Shown piece by piece: positions 1 to 11,815 of a stretch of 64,000 bases of DNA. Position numbers and translations under genes: made by a program. This DNA comes from Alphaproteobacteria bacterium (GTDB taxonomy: Bacteria > Pseudomonadota > Alphaproteobacteria > Bin95), in the NCBI GenBank assembly GCA_965261985.1, contig OZ253490.1:1511947-1575946 (forward strand), written 5' to 3'. A model generated the notes under the pieces. That model did no database searches and was not told the origin of the DNA. It saw nothing but the letters and a program-made list of their open reading frames with translations. How positions within the stretch are numbered: the first letter of the stretch is position 1; the number at the start of each line of letters is the position of its first letter.

Positions 1-71
1 GGAAGGCGAGCGCGGCGCCGTCAAGCGCCACGGCGGCGCACCGGCGGATGTGCGGGCACGGGGGAGCGGCT

Positions 72-1271
72 TCAGGCGAGCTTCGCCATCGCCCGGGCGA
101 TGCGCCGGCCGGCCTCTTCCAGCCGGTCGAGTGGGGCCGCATAGCTCACCCGGACATGCGGCGAGAGGCCGTAGGACGCGCCCTGCACGACCGCGACATG
201 CGCCTCCTCGACCAGATAGTCGGCGACCGCCGTATCGTCGTCGAGCCGCCGGCCGGACGGCGCGATGCAGCCGATGGCCGAGGCGACCGACGGATAGACA
301 TACATCGCCCCTTCCGGCGCATGGCAGGGAAGGCCCGCCTCGTTCAGCGCGGCGACCATCAGGTCGCGGCGCTCATGCATGATCTGCCGCCGCTCCTCGA
401 CGATGTCCTTGGGCCCGTCGAGCGCCGCCAGCGCCGCATGCTGGCCGACCGCATTGGGGCAGGAGACAAGCTGGCCCTGGAGCTTCGCCATTTCCTGGAC
501 AATATCGCGCGGGCCGCCGGCGAAGCCCACCCGGAACCCGGTCATCGAATAGGCCTTGGAGACGCCGTTGATCGTGAGCGTGCGCGAGAACAGCTCCGGG
601 ACCACATTGGCCATCGTGGCGAGCGGCGCGCCCGTATAGAGCAGGTGCTCGTAGATGTCGTCCGCCATCACATGCACATGGCTGTGGCGCGCCAGCACGG
701 CGGCGAGCGCCCGCAGGTCGTCCGCCGAATAGGCGGCGCCGGAGGGGTTGGAGGGCGAGTTAAGCGAGAGCCACTTCGTCTTTGGGCCGATGGCGGCTTC
801 CAGGTCCTCCGGGAGCAGGCGGAAGCCGTTCTGCTGCGGGCAGGAAACCGGCACCGGCACGCCGCCGGCAAGCCGCACAAGGTCCTCATAGGCGCCCCAG
901 AAGGGTGCGGGCAGGATCACCTCGTCGCCGGGGGCGAGCGTTGCCAGGAAGGCGCAGGAGATCGCCGCCTTGGCGCCCGTCGTTGCAAGCACCTCGTCGG
1001 CAGCGTAGTCGAGGCCGTTCTCGCGGCTGAACTTGCGCCGGATCGCCTCCTTGAGCTCGGGGATGCCGTCGCGGTTGGTATAGCCGACGACGCCCGCCGC
1101 CATCGCCTTCTCAGCCGCCGCACGCACATGGTCCGGCGGCGGGAAGTCGGGCTGCCCGATGGTGAGGTTGATGACGTCGATGCCGTCGGCGGCCATGGCG
1201 CGGGCGCGCATCGCGGCATTCTGGCTGGCGGAGGCCTTGAAGCGGCGCATCCTCGGCGCAATGATCGACAT
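72..1271 (-). CDS. PLP-dependent class I aminotransferase (aspartate/aromatic aminotransferase-like)
   Basis: Translation MSIIAPRMRRFKASASQNAAMRARAMAADGIDVINLTIGQPDFPPP... has an AspC-family architecture of about 399 aa. The upstream part of the 484-aa ORF lacks similarity. Start chosen at the ATG at 1271. Confidence 0.8.
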   Translation of the reverse strand: MSIIAPRMRRFKASASQNAAMRARAMAADGIDVINLTIGQPDFPPPDHVRAAAEKAMAAGVVGYTNRDGIPELKEAIRRKFSRENGLDYAADEVLATTGAKAAISCAFLATLAPGDEVILPAPFWGAYEDLVRLAGGVPVPVSCPQQNGFRLLPEDLEAAIGPKTKWLSLNSPSNPSGAAYSADDLRALAAVLARHSHVHVMADDIYEHLLYTGAPLATMANVVPELFSRTLTINGVSKAYSMTGFRVGFAGGPRDIVQEMAKLQGQLVSCPNAVGQHAALAALDGPKDIVEERRQIMHERRDLMVAALNEAGLPCHAPEGAMYVYPSVASAIGCIAPSGRRLDDDTAVADYLVEEAHVAVVQGASYGLSPHVRVSYAAPLDRLEEAGRRIARAMAKLA

Positions 1272-1338
1272 GGGAAACCTGCTACCCCCAAGACCTCGCA
1301 ACGGCGCGGGGTTATAGCACCGATAGGAGCGCCGCCCC

Positions 1339-2307
1339 ATGCCGAGCAACACCCCGCGCAGAATCACTGTCGCCGCCGCGCAGATGGGTCCCGTCGCGCG
1401 CGACGAGCCGCGCAACCGGGTCGTCGGGCGGCTCGTGGAGATGATGCGCGAGGCGCAAGGGCGCGGCGCGGAACTGGTCGTCTTCCCCGAGCTCGCGCTC
1501 ACCACCTTCTTCCCGCGCTGGTTCATGGAGGACGTGACGGAACTGGACGCCTTCTACGAGGCGGAGATGCCGGGGCCGGAGACGCAGCCGCTCTTCGACA
1601 CCGCGGCCGAACTCGGCGTCGGCTTCTATCTCGGCTATGCGGAGCTGACGCGCGAAGACGGGCGCGAGCGGCGCTACAACACATCCGTACTCGTGGACCG
1701 GGAGGGGCGCATCGTCGGCAAATACCGCAAGGTGCATCTGCCGGGGCACAGCGAATACGAGGCGGCGCGCCCCTGGCAGCATCTGGAGAAGCGCTATTTC
1801 GAGGTGGGCGACCTCGGCTTCCCGGTCTGGAGGACGATGGGCGGCGTGATGGGCATGGCGCTCTGCAACGACCGCCGCTGGCCGGAGACCTTCCGCGTGA
1901 TGGGCATGAAGGGCGTCGAGCTGGTGATGCTCGGCTACAACACGCCGGCCGCCAACTCGCTCGGGCCGGAGCCGCACCATGTGCGGATGCTGCACAACCA
2001 TCTCAGCATGCAGGCCGGCGCCTACCAGAACGGCTGCTGGGTGGTCGGCACCGCCAAGGCCGGCCATGAGGAAGGCTGCGATCTGATGGGCGGAAGCTGC
2101 ATTATCGCGCCGTCGGGGGAGATCGTGGCCCAGGCGCATACGCTGGAGGACGAGGTGGTCGCCTATGACTGCGACCTGGAGGAAGGCCACTTCAACAAGG
2201 AGACGATCTTCAACTTCGCCGCCCACCGCCGCCCGGAGCACTATGCCATCATCACCGCGCAGACAGGCGCGACCGAACCCGCCGAGGAAGAAGGCGCCTC
2301 GCTCTAG
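1339..2307 (+). CDS. N-carbamoyl-D-amino-acid hydrolase (D-carbamoylase), carbon-nitrogen hydrolase superfamily
   Basis: 322-aa product with near-colinear similarity to Agrobacterium D-carbamoylase (FPELALTTFFPRW, GKYRKVHLPGH, ICNDRRWPE, HLSMQAGAYQNG, HIFNFAAHRRPEHY). Confidence 0.85.
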   Translation: MPSNTPRRITVAAAQMGPVARDEPRNRVVGRLVEMMREAQGRGAELVVFPELALTTFFPRWFMEDVTELDAFYEAEMPGPETQPLFDTAAELGVGFYLGYAELTREDGRERRYNTSVLVDREGRIVGKYRKVHLPGHSEYEAARPWQHLEKRYFEVGDLGFPVWRTMGGVMGMALCNDRRWPETFRVMGMKGVELVMLGYNTPAANSLGPEPHHVRMLHNHLSMQAGAYQNGCWVVGTAKAGHEEGCDLMGGSCIIAPSGEIVAQAHTLEDEVVAYDCDLEEGHFNKETIFNFAAHRRPEHYAIITAQTGATEPAEEEGASL

Positions 2308-2310
2308 CGG

Positions 2311-3042
2311 ATGGCGGTCACGCCGGAACCGGGCATGCGCGAGACCGCGCTGTATTCGCCCCTGAAGGCGTTTCTCGAAGCCCAGGGCTATGCCGTCAAG
2401 GGCGAGGTCAATGGGTGCGATATTGCAGCGGTGCGTGGAGATGAGCCGCTCGTTATCGTCGAGATGAAGACACGGTTCTCGCTGTCGCTGGTTCTTCAGG
2501 GCATTGCGCGGCAGGGTCTTTCCGACCGCGTCTATCTCGCCGTGCCGCCGTTCACCGGCCGCACGCCGCGGCAGCGCGACGCACTCGCGCTCTGCCGCCG
2601 GTTGGGCCTGGGGCTGATCGCAGTGCGGCCGGGACCCGAACCGGCGGTGGAGACGCTCCTCGATCCCGCCCCCTATCGTCCGCGCCTGCGAAAGCGCGCG
2701 GCGGAACGGCTGCTGCGGGAGTTCCAGCGGCGCGTCGGCGACCCGAATGTGGGCGGTTCGACCTGGCGGAAACTGATGACCGCATACCGGCAGGACGCCC
2801 TGCGTTGCGCTGTCTGCCTGCAACGGAACGGCCCGACAAAAGCGGCAACGGTCGCCGAGGCTACGGGCGTGGCCCGGGCCAGGGCGATCATGTATGCCGA
2901 CCACTATGGGTGGTTCGAGCGGCCCGAAAGCGCGGCTCCCGGCATCTATGCCCTGACGCCAAAAGGGGCCGATGCGCTCCGGGACCGTGCGGACATTCTT
3001 GCCCTGCTTGAGCCGGACGGAGGGCCTGCGCCGAATCCCTGA
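2311..3042 (+). CDS. conserved hypothetical protein (possibly DUF2161-like)
   Basis: 243-aa ORF with coding-like composition and no recognisable catalytic motif. The start could be the second ATG at 2335. Confidence 0.45.
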   Translation: MAVTPEPGMRETALYSPLKAFLEAQGYAVKGEVNGCDIAAVRGDEPLVIVEMKTRFSLSLVLQGIARQGLSDRVYLAVPPFTGRTPRQRDALALCRRLGLGLIAVRPGPEPAVETLLDPAPYRPRLRKRAAERLLREFQRRVGDPNVGGSTWRKLMTAYRQDALRCAVCLQRNGPTKAATVAEATGVARARAIMYADHYGWFERPESAAPGIYALTPKGADALRDRADILALLEPDGGPAPNP

Positions 3043-3051
3043 CTGCGCCGG

Positions 3052-3585
3052 TCAGGCCTCCGGAAATCCGGGCTCGCGGGTTCGGCGTCCGGCGAGCCGG
3101 CCTTCGTCGTCGATGAGCGCGACGCGCGCCGGACGGTTCTCTCCCCACCGCCACATCACGAGGTTGAGGTCGTCGGCGCCCGCCCCGGCGGCAAAACTCC
3201 GGACCCGCATGCCCGCATAGCCTGCCGCGATCAGGCGGTCGGCCAGGGCCTGCGATGCCGGGACCTGGCCGGCAAGCATCTCCGCTTCCCAGGAGGTGCA
3301 GGCCAGGTCGGACTCCGTCACGCCCAGCGAACGGCGTTCTGCCTCGTCCAGCGCGTCGAAGACAGGATCGGCATCGACTTCATAGGCGCAAAGCGTGAGC
3401 GGCTGCATCGGTCGGCCGAGCGGCTCCGCTTCGCGTATGGCGGTCAACGGAGCCAGCGAGGTGTAATGCGCCGGGACGCCGCGCCGGTTGAAGCGCCCGC
3501 CATGGCGGCGTGCACCCTCGCCGGACAGCGGCGACCAGGACCATTGCGGATTGTGCGCCCGGTAAACCAGCCCCCGGAAGCGCAT
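3052..3585 (-). CDS. RES-domain toxin of an RES-Xre type II toxin-antitoxin pair
   Basis: 177 aa with RES-domain hallmarks (Arg/Glu/Ser core, GGRFNRRGVPAHYTS). Sits immediately downstream of a DUF2384/Xre-type antitoxin gene on the same strand. Confidence 0.7.
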   Translation of the reverse strand: MRFRGLVYRAHNPQWSWSPLSGEGARRHGGRFNRRGVPAHYTSLAPLTAIREAEPLGRPMQPLTLCAYEVDADPVFDALDEAERRSLGVTESDLACTSWEAEMLAGQVPASQALADRLIAAGYAGMRVRSFAAGAGADDLNLVMWRWGENRPARVALIDDEGRLAGRRTREPGFPEA

Positions 3586-3600
3586 CAGGCGTGGGCAGCC

Positions 3601-3951
3601 TCAGGCATAGCCGCCTGCCATGATCCGGTCGAGATAGGCATGCACATGGTCGGCTTTGCCTTCGCGCACCAGCAGGTCGGACGTGGCGCCGCCGAATCCC
3701 GGCAGGGGCTCGGCCCGAAACCAGGCATAGGCTGCGAGCGGCGATCCGGTCTGGGCCTCAACGCGGTTCAGGATCTCCAGCATCTGGCGCAACCGGGTCT
3801 GCGTCTTCCGCGCCCGCACCCGCGAGGCGCGCGAAAAGGCATCTTTGCCGAGCCCCAGCGTGCCGGCGATCTCGGACCGGGTGGTGCGCAGCGCCTCGGC
3901 GATAAGCGCCGGAGAAAATGCCCGATCCTCGATGAATTCCTGAAATTGCAC
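3601..3951 (-). CDS. Xre/MbcA/ParS-like antitoxin (DUF2384) partner of the RES toxin
   Basis: 116-aa ORF 15 bp upstream of the RES gene. Its C-terminal DUF2384-like region fits the canonical antitoxin-then-toxin order. Confidence 0.6.
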   Translation of the reverse strand: MQFQEFIEDRAFSPALIAEALRTTRSEIAGTLGLGKDAFSRASRVRARKTQTRLRQMLEILNRVEAQTGSPLAAYAWFRAEPLPGFGGATSDLLVREGKADHVHAYLDRIMAGGYA

Positions 3952-4051
3952 GATACAACCTCACATTTCCTGACGCATTTTAGTGCGACAAAAGATGTTT
4001 TTCCAGAGGCGGCGTATGGCTTGCCGGAAATGGTGTTGCCGCTTCCGGCTT

Positions 4052-4753
4052 TCAGGCCTCCTTGCCGTAGCGGTGCAGTCCGCGGCCTTCGGTCTTGAGC
4101 CAGCGTTCGGCGGCGTCGGTTTCCGGGCAGAGGCGGCGGCAGAGGCTCCAGAAGCGGGGGCTGTGGTTCATCTCGCGGAGATGCGCCACCTCATGCGCGG
4201 CCAGATAGTCCAGCACGAAGGGCGGAGCCATGACCGCGCGCCAGGAGAAATTCAGCCGTCCGGCGGCGCTGGCGCTGCCCCAGCGCGTCTTCTGGTCCCG
4301 GATGACGATGCCGCGCGGCTGCACGCCGAGCGCGGCGGCATGGCGGGCAACGGCTTCCTCGAAGGCGCGCCGCGCTTCATGCCGCAACCAGCCTTCCACC
4401 AGCCGGGAGCACCCGGCCGGGCTCGCCAGCAGGATGCGGTCGTCCTCAAGCCTGAGCGGGTCCCGGAGCGCCGGGTCGAGGCGGATCCGGCGCGGACGGC
4501 CTCGAAACGGGACGGTCTCGCCGGGCTCGAACGGCACCGGGGCCGGCGTTTCCTGCAACCGGCCCGCCACCCATTCGCCGCGGCTCTCGAGGAACGCGAG
4601 GCCGGTCGCCTCGCTCGCGCCCGGTGGCAGCGTCAGACGGACCTCGCCGCCCCGGATGCTGAGCGAGATGCACCGTGCGCGCGGATTGCGGCGCACGGCG
4701 ACCCGGACCTCGCGGCCGCCGAGCCGGACCTGCCTAAAGCGCCCAGTCGACAA
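4052..4753 (-). CDS. M48-family / YgjP-like (DUF45) metal-dependent hydrolase
   Basis: 233 aa with an [16 protein letters not shown] zinc-binding HExxH motif typical of YgjP/SprT-like proteins. Confidence 0.7.
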   Translation of the reverse strand: MSTGRFRQVRLGGREVRVAVRRNPRARCISLSIRGGEVRLTLPPGASEATGLAFLESRGEWVAGRLQETPAPVPFEPGETVPFRGRPRRIRLDPALRDPLRLEDDRILLASPAGCSRLVEGWLRHEARRAFEEAVARHAAALGVQPRGIVIRDQKTRWGSASAAGRLNFSWRAVMAPPFVLDYLAAHEVAHLREMNHSPRFWSLCRRLCPETDAAERWLKTEGRGLHRYGKEA

Positions 4754-5174
4754 TATGGCGTTCCAGGTCTTCCTGGTCGCTGCCGATCTCGTCCTCCGAG
4801 ATCACCTTGCCGCGCACGGACATCTGCGCCAGATGCACGGTTTCCGGGTCTCCCGAGACCAAGGGGTGCCACCAGTAGAGGTCCTTGCCCTCATGCAGCA
4901 GGCGGTAGGCGCAGCTCGACGGCATCCAGGCGATCTCGGCGACATTGCGCGGCGAGAGCTGGATGCAGTCCGGCACGCGGGCCTTGCGGTTGGGGTAGTC
5001 GGTGCAGCGGCAGCTTTCGGAGTCGAGCAGCCGGCAGGTGACGCAGGTCGGCTCGATCTCGCCCGTATCCGCCCATTCGATCTTGAGCAGGCAGCATTTG
5101 CCGCAGCCGTCGCAGAGCGACTCCCACTCTTCCGGCGTCATCTCGTCCAGCCGCTTCTCGCGCCAGAACGTCAT
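4734..5174 (-). CDS. YcgN-family cysteine-cluster protein (UPF0260)
   Basis: 146-aa product [31 protein letters not shown]... with the conserved Cys cluster. Start ATG at 5174. The 352-aa ORF upstream of it is non-coding. Confidence 0.75.
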   Translation of the reverse strand: MTFWREKRLDEMTPEEWESLCDGCGKCCLLKIEWADTGEIEPTCVTCRLLDSESCRCTDYPNRKARVPDCIQLSPRNVAEIAWMPSSCAYRLLHEGKDLYWWHPLVSGDPETVHLAQMSVRGKVISEDEIGSDQEDLERHIVDWAL

Positions 5175-5569
5175 GGCCGCCGTCCGTCCCGCCCGCTGCC
5201 CGGCTCTTCCTGGCGTTCGTCGCCGGTGAGGCCGAGCGCCCACATTGCGGCCAGCACACCGCCCTTCGCCACCGGCAGCAGCACGGCGATCAGAGCCAGC
5301 GCCAGCAGCGGCCAGACCAGCACCTGCAGCCAGAGCGCCGGCGCCCAGGTCTGCTCGACGAACAGCAGCAACGGCACGACGATATGCCCGGTGACCAGAA
5401 TGGCGATATAGGGCGGGAAATCGTCGGCGCGGATATGGCCGAGCGCCTCGCCGCACCCGGCGCAGGCCGCTACCGGGCGCAGATAGCCGGCAAAAGCCGC
5501 TCCCTCGCCGCAGGCGGGGCAGCGCCGGCGAAGGCCGTTGCGGAGGGCGGGTCCGAGCGCGCGCGCCAT
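5171..5569 (-). CDS. DUF983 family protein
   Basis: CPACGEG...CAGCGE zinc-ribbon followed by a hydrophobic segment. Start ambiguous: ATG at 5569 or TTG at 5605. Confidence 0.5.
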   Translation of the reverse strand: MARALGPALRNGLRRRCPACGEGAAFAGYLRPVAACAGCGEALGHIRADDFPPYIAILVTGHIVVPLLLFVEQTWAPALWLQVLVWPLLALALIAVLLPVAKGGVLAAMWALGLTGDERQEEPGSGRDGRRP

Positions 5570-5616
5570 GCCCGGCAAGGTGGCCCCGCCTTCGCAGCGG
5601 GTCAAGCGGCGCCGCG

Positions 5617-6897
<1,281 letters not shown>

Positions 6898-6914
6898 CTC
6901 TCTGGATTCAGGTG

Positions 6915-7520
6915 TCAGGTGTCCGCCGTCCACAGGCACCAGACGGCGAGCAGCGGCGTTTCGCCGGTGCGCATGGCGTGCCAGGCATGGGGCGGGTTGT
7001 GCTGGATACCGCCCGCCGGCCGCGCCCGCCAGCCCAGGTCCTCGCGCCACCAGTCGCCGGGCGCAAGCACGAAATACAGCTCCTCCGGCGGGTGGTTATG
7101 CTTCACATAGTCGGTGTGCGGCGCGACGAGGTTCACCCCGACACGCACATCCTCGCGCCGTTCCAGCCCGTCCGCGCCCGCTACCACGGCATTGGCATGG
7201 GCCTTGCGGAAGGCCGGGTCGGCGCCCTCGCCGCCGAGGCGCGGCCCCCAGGCGAGCCGGGGGTCCATGGCCCGGAGCGCGCCTGCGACCTGCTGCACCG
7301 GCTCCGGCCCCCGCGCCGCAAGCGCGAAGGCCTCGTCCAGCGCGCCTGCCGGGATCGGCCGGCTCGGGCGCATGCCGGCGGGCGGCGGCCTGCCAGGCGT
7401 TTCCAGCGCGTCGAAGATGCGCGCCGCAAGCGCGGCTTCCGGCCCGCCGGGTGGCACGGCCTCCCGCACCGCGCGGCCGAGCGCACGGAAGAAATGATCG
7501 AGATCGGCAGCCCTTATCAA
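6915..7520 (-). CDS. cupin-fold protein, DMSP lyase DddL-like family
   Basis: Cupin motifs HNHPPEELYFVLAPG and PPHAWHAMRTG resemble DddL. The start is uncertain: a TTG at 7520 is proposed to avoid overlap with the upstream gene. Confidence 0.45.
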   Translation of the reverse strand: MIRAADLDHFFRALGRAVREAVPPGGPEAALAARIFDALETPGRPPPAGMRPSRPIPAGALDEAFALAARGPEPVQQVAGALRAMDPRLAWGPRLGGEGADPAFRKAHANAVVAGADGLERREDVRVGVNLVAPHTDYVKHNHPPEELYFVLAPGDWWREDLGWRARPAGGIQHNPPHAWHAMRTGETPLLAVWCLWTADT

Positions 7521-7542
7521 CGCCGAAGCCTTCCCCGCGCCG

Positions 7543-9264
7543 TCATGCCGCCTGCGGGCCGCGCAGCAGGCGGCCCGGCATGGCGCCCGTGGCCTCGCGC
7601 CGCTCCCAGGTCGCCTCGCCCGAGACGAAAGTGGCGACATAGCCGTCGGCGTGCTGCACCAGCCGGCGCCCGCCGGCCGGCAGGTCATGCACCATCACCG
7701 GCGCATGCAGGCGGAGCGCGTCGAAGTCGATCAGGTTGAGGTCGGCCTTGTAGCCCGCCCGCAGGAGGCCGCGGTCGTTCAGGCCGTAAGCCTCGGCCGT
7801 GCCCCGCGTCTGGAGGCGCACCGCATGTTCGAGCGCCAGTTGCGGACCCCGCTGCCGGTCGCGGGCCCAGTAGCTCAGCATGTAGGTGGGCGAGCTGGCG
7901 TCGCAGATGAGCCCGCAATGGGCGCCGCCGTCCGAGAGGCTCAACATGGACAGCGGATGCTCCAGCAGGGTGCGCAGCATCTCGAAATCGCCGTCCGCAT
8001 AGCCGAGCAGCGGGAAGTAGATCAGCGCCCGGCCCTCGTCGGCCAGCATGGCGTCCAGCAAGGTCGCGCGCGGATCGCCGGAGCCGGCCAGCCCGGCGAT
8101 GCTGCGCTCGGCCGGCGGTTCGTAGTCGGGCGGGTCGCCCAGCGGGAACATGCCGGCGAAATGGTTGAACACATAGCCGTCGAACTTGCCCTGCCGGGTG
8201 GACTCTTCCGCGAGCAGCCGCGCGCGCACCTCCGGGCTGGAGAGGCGGGCAACGCGCTCCGCCAGCGGCAGATGCGCGATCTCCATATAGGTCGGATGGC
8301 CCATGAAGGGCTGCATGCTGCTGTCGAAGCCCATCAGCATCCCCGCCGGGCGGGCGCTCACCTGCATGCGGAGCCTAGCGCCTTCCGCCACCGCCGTTTC
8401 GGTCCAGCGCAGGATGCGCCGCCAGTCTCCGGGGCTGCGGTCGGACTGCGCGAGGATGAAGGAGACCGGCAGCCCGGTCTCGCGCGAGAGGTCGCGCATC
8501 CACACCACATCGTCGCGGAAGCGCCCGTCCATGCCGCCGATGCCGAAATCCGTGGCGATCTCGAAAACGCCGTGGCCGGCCCGTCCGCAGGCCCGGCCGA
8601 TGCCCATCAGCTCTTCGTGGCCGGCGAAGGTGCCGGGCACGGGCACGCCGTCGATGGAGCGGTGCAGCATGGTGCGCGACGAGGAGAAGCCGAGCGCGCC
8701 GGCGCGGAGCCCCTCCTCGACGATATCGGCCATGGCGGCGATGTCGTCACCGGTCGGGTCCTCGTTGGCCGCGCCCCGCTCGCCCATCGCATAGGCCCTG
8801 ACCGCGCCATGCGGCACCTGCGTGCCGATGTCGAGCGCGTGCGGCATGGTCTCAAGCGCGTCGAGATATTCCGGGAAGGTCTCCCAGTTCCAGCTCATGC
8901 CCTCGGAAAGCGCCGTGCCGGGAATGTCCTCCACGCCTTCCATCAGGCCGATCAGCCAATCGTGGCGGTCGGGCGCGGCGGGTGCGAAACCGACGCCGCA
9001 ATTGCCCATCACCGCGGTGGTGACGCCGTGCCAGCCCGAGGGCGAGAGCCAGGGGTCCCAGGTCGCCTGCCCGTCGTAATGCGTGTGGACATCGACGAAA
9101 CCGGGCACGGCCAGCAGGCCGTCGGCGTCGATCTCGCGCCGGCCCGGCCCCGCCTTGCCGCCCGCCTGGACGAAACGTCCGCCGTCAATGGCGATATCGC
9201 CGGCGAAGGCGGGTTCGCCGGAGCCGTCAACGATGCGCGCGCCGCGAATGACCGTGTCGTGCAT
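7543..9264 (-). CDS. N-acyl-D-amino-acid deacylase (D-aminoacylase) family amidohydrolase
   Basis: 573 aa with [10 protein letters not shown] metal-binding, [10 protein letters not shown] and other D-aminoacylase family signatures. Confidence 0.8.
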   Translation of the reverse strand: MHDTVIRGARIVDGSGEPAFAGDIAIDGGRFVQAGGKAGPGRREIDADGLLAVPGFVDVHTHYDGQATWDPWLSPSGWHGVTTAVMGNCGVGFAPAAPDRHDWLIGLMEGVEDIPGTALSEGMSWNWETFPEYLDALETMPHALDIGTQVPHGAVRAYAMGERGAANEDPTGDDIAAMADIVEEGLRAGALGFSSSRTMLHRSIDGVPVPGTFAGHEELMGIGRACGRAGHGVFEIATDFGIGGMDGRFRDDVVWMRDLSRETGLPVSFILAQSDRSPGDWRRILRWTETAVAEGARLRMQVSARPAGMLMGFDSSMQPFMGHPTYMEIAHLPLAERVARLSSPEVRARLLAEESTRQGKFDGYVFNHFAGMFPLGDPPDYEPPAERSIAGLAGSGDPRATLLDAMLADEGRALIYFPLLGYADGDFEMLRTLLEHPLSMLSLSDGGAHCGLICDASSPTYMLSYWARDRQRGPQLALEHAVRLQTRGTAEAYGLNDRGLLRAGYKADLNLIDFDALRLHAPVMVHDLPAGGRRLVQHADGYVATFVSGEATWERREATGAMPGRLLRGPQAA

Positions 9265-9267
9265 GGC

Positions 9268-10047
9268 TCAGAAGGTCCCCGGATAAAGGCCGCCGTCCAT
9301 CAGCACGTTGTTGGCGGTCATGAAGCCGACATGCTCGCTGCAGAGGAAGGCGCAGACCTTGCCGAATTCCTCTGCGGTGCCGAAGCGGCCCGCCGGCGTG
9401 GCGGCCATGCGCCGCTCGCGCGCCGTCGCCTCGTCGATGCCGGCCTGTTTCGCCGCATGGACGATGCCGCTCTGCAGCCGGTCGGTGTCGAACGGACCCG
9501 GCAGCAGGTTGTTGATGGTCACATTGCGGTCGATGACCTCACGGCAGATGGTGTTGCAGAAACCGTGCAGCGCCAGGCGCGCGGCCGTCGAGAGGCCGAG
9601 ATTGGGCACCGGCATCTTGGTCGATTGCGAGGTGATGTTGACGATCCGCCCGAAGCCGCGCTCTGCCATGCCGTCCACGACGGCGGTAATCGTCTCCGCA
9701 TGGCCCAGAAGCTGGGCTTCCAGCGCCGCCAGCCAGCGCTCGCGGGTATCGGTGCGGAAATTGCCGGGCGCCGGCCCGCCGGCATTGGTCACCAGGATGT
9801 CGGGGGCCGGGCAGGCGGCGAGGATCGCCTGGCGGATTTCGGGAAGCGTTATGTCGCCGGCGATGGCCGTCACCTCGACGCCGGCGGCATCCCGGATTTC
9901 GGCGGCCGTCGCCTCGAGTTCGGAGGCCGTGCGGGCATTGATGACCAGATGCACGCCTTCCCCGGCGAGCGCCATGGCGCAGCCCTTGCCGAGACCCTTG
10001 CTGGCGGCGCCGACGATGGCCCGCTTACCCGCGATTCCGAGATCCAT
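9268..10047 (-). CDS. SDR-family oxidoreductase
   Basis: GKRAIVGAASKGLG Rossmann motif, catalytic-region pattern and a length of 259 aa. Confidence 0.8.
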   Translation of the reverse strand: MDLGIAGKRAIVGAASKGLGKGCAMALAGEGVHLVINARTASELEATAAEIRDAAGVEVTAIAGDITLPEIRQAILAACPAPDILVTNAGGPAPGNFRTDTRERWLAALEAQLLGHAETITAVVDGMAERGFGRIVNITSQSTKMPVPNLGLSTAARLALHGFCNTICREVIDRNVTINNLLPGPFDTDRLQSGIVHAAKQAGIDEATARERRMAATPAGRFGTAEEFGKVCAFLCSEHVGFMTANNVLMDGGLYPGTF

Positions 10048-10741
10048 GAGTGTCGTCTCCCTGTTCGAATGCGCCCTCGGCGACCAGTTCCCGCACCAGG
10101 CCGGCGGTGATCCGGCGCCGGCCGGCGAGCGCCGCGCTGTCCAGAATATCTACCGCACGGCGCGCCGCGGCGAAACTGCGTTCGATCCGGCGCAGCAGCA
10201 GGTCGAGCACATCCTGGCCGATTTCGATCTGCCGGTCGGCGAACTGCTTGGCGAGCACGGCTTCCAGCAGGCTGTCGTCGGGCGGGCGGATCGCGGCGGC
10301 GGGCGCCGCCGAGAGGCGCGAAGCGAGGTCGGCGGTCCTGAGCCGCCAGCGCGAGGGCGGGGCGGCCGCGGTCAGCAGCAGCGAGCCGCCCCGGTTCGCC
10401 AGCAGGTTGTAGAGGTGCAGCAGGGCGAGCTCGTCCACGGCCTTGTCGGCCCCGTCGATGACGAGGTGCTGCCGGCCGCCCAGCAGGTTGACCGGATTGG
10501 CCTCCGCCAGCGCCGCCGGCGGGACCGGCACGGCGCCGCTCCGCGCCTGCCAGACATGGGCCAGATGCGTCTTGCCCGCCCCTGCCGGCCCCCAGACCGT
10601 CAGCGCCGGAGCCGGCCAGTCGGGCCAGCGGTCGATCCACGCCACCGCTTCGGCATTGCTGTCGGCGACCAGGAAATCCTCGGCGCCCATGGCCGTGCGA
10701 TGGCCGAGATGCAGGATGAATTGCCGGCTAAGGGGCGTCAT
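10025..10741 (-). CDS. hdaA: DnaA regulatory inactivator HdaA (DnaA-related AAA+ protein)
   Basis: Walker A GPAGAGKTHL at the Hda/DnaA-domain III position, 238 aa. Its stop overlaps the SDR start. Confidence 0.7.
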   Translation of the reverse strand: MTPLSRQFILHLGHRTAMGAEDFLVADSNAEAVAWIDRWPDWPAPALTVWGPAGAGKTHLAHVWQARSGAVPVPPAALAEANPVNLLGGRQHLVIDGADKAVDELALLHLYNLLANRGGSLLLTAAAPPSRWRLRTADLASRLSAAPAAAIRPPDDSLLEAVLAKQFADRQIEIGQDVLDLLLRRIERSFAAARRAVDILDSAALAGRRRITAGLVRELVAEGAFEQGDDTHGSRNRG

Positions 10742-10750
10742 CGGAGCCGG

Positions 10751-11815
10751 CTAAGGGGCGTCATCGGAGCCATAGAGGCGGCTCTCCCGGTATTGCTCGA
10801 TGGCAAAGCGCGTCAGCACCCCGATTGCCGCGGCCGCCGGCAGGGCGACCAGCATGCCGACGAAGCCGAGCAGCGAGCCGCCGGCGAACAGCGCGAAGAT
10901 CACCCAGACCGGATGCAGGCCGACCCGGTCTCCCACCAGCTTCGGGGTGAGGTAGTTGCCCTCGACCGCCTGCCCGGCGACGAAGATTGCGGCGATCAGC
11001 GCGACCCGCCAGATCGAGTCGAACTGGTCGAAGGCGAGACCGATGGAGATCAGCCCGCCCAGCACGCTGCCGACATAGGGGATGAACGAGACCACGCCCG
11101 AGAAGATGCCGACGATGAAGCCGAAATCGAGCCCGGCGAGCATCAGCAGCCCGCCATAGCCGAGGCCGAGCACGATGCAGACCGTGGCCTGGCCGCGCAC
11201 GAAGCCGGCGAGCGTGGTGTCGATGCGCGCTGCCTGGGTGCGGATGACGGGCGCGCTGCGGCGCGGCAGCAGGTCGTCCACGGCGGAGACGATCCGGTCC
11301 CAGTCGCGCAGCAGGTAGAAGGCGACGACGGGCGTGACGATCAGCAGGCCGAGCAGGTTGACGAGCGCGAGCCCGCTGCCCAGCACGCGCCCGGCGATCT
11401 CTCCGGCCCACCCGGCGGCCGTTGCGAGATGCCCCGTCAGCGCCCGGCGGATGCCTTCCATGTCTTCCGGCGAGACTTCCGCCTGCACCCGCGCCATAAC
11501 TTGGGAAACGATGCGCTCCAGGGTTTCGATATAGCCGGGCAGGCTGGCGATCAGTCCGCCGAGCTGGGCGTTCACGACCGGCACGAGCAGCAGCAATATG
11601 CCGAGGCTCGCCACCGCGAAGCCCGCGAGCGTCAGCAAGGCCCCGGCTGTGCGCCCGACGCCCCGGCGCTCCAGCCGGTCCACCAGGGGATCGAGGAAAT
11701 AGGCGATCGCGACGCCGACGACGAAGGGCAACAGGATGTCCTGGAACAATACCAGGAAGAGCACCGCCCCCAGCGCGACGGCCAGCCAGATACCCGATTG
11801 TCTCGCGGGAGTCAC
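10751..11815 (-). CDS. AI-2E family transporter (PerM/YdiK-like permease)
   Basis: Multi-TM protein with AI-2E family topology. The GTG start at 11815 has GAGGAGG nine nt upstream and overlaps the pgsA stop (GTGA). Confidence 0.7.
   Translation of the reverse strand: MTPARQSGIWLAVALGAVLFLVLFQDILLPFVVGVAIAYFLDPLVDRLERRGVGRTAGALLTLAGFAVASLGILLLLVPVVNAQLGGLIASLPGYIETLERIVSQVMARVQAEVSPEDMEGIRRALTGHLATAAGWAGEIAGRVLGSGLALVNLLGLLIVTPVVAFYLLRDWDRIVSAVDDLLPRRSAPVIRTQAARIDTTLAGFVRGQATVCIVLGLGYGGLLMLAGLDFGFIVGIFSGVVSFIPYVGSVLGGLISIGLAFDQFDSIWRVALIAAIFVAGQAVEGNYLTPKLVGDRVGLHPVWVIFALFAGGSLLGFVGMLVALPAAAAIGVLTRFAIEQYRESRLYGSDDAP

Noticed and set aside
48-2069. 673-aa plus-strand ORF overlapping the aminotransferase and D-carbamoylase genes
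   Set aside because: Its translation is low-complexity Arg/Ala/Gly-rich, typical of an alternate-frame or antisense ORF in 70% GC DNA. The real genes lie in other frames and strands with clear homology.
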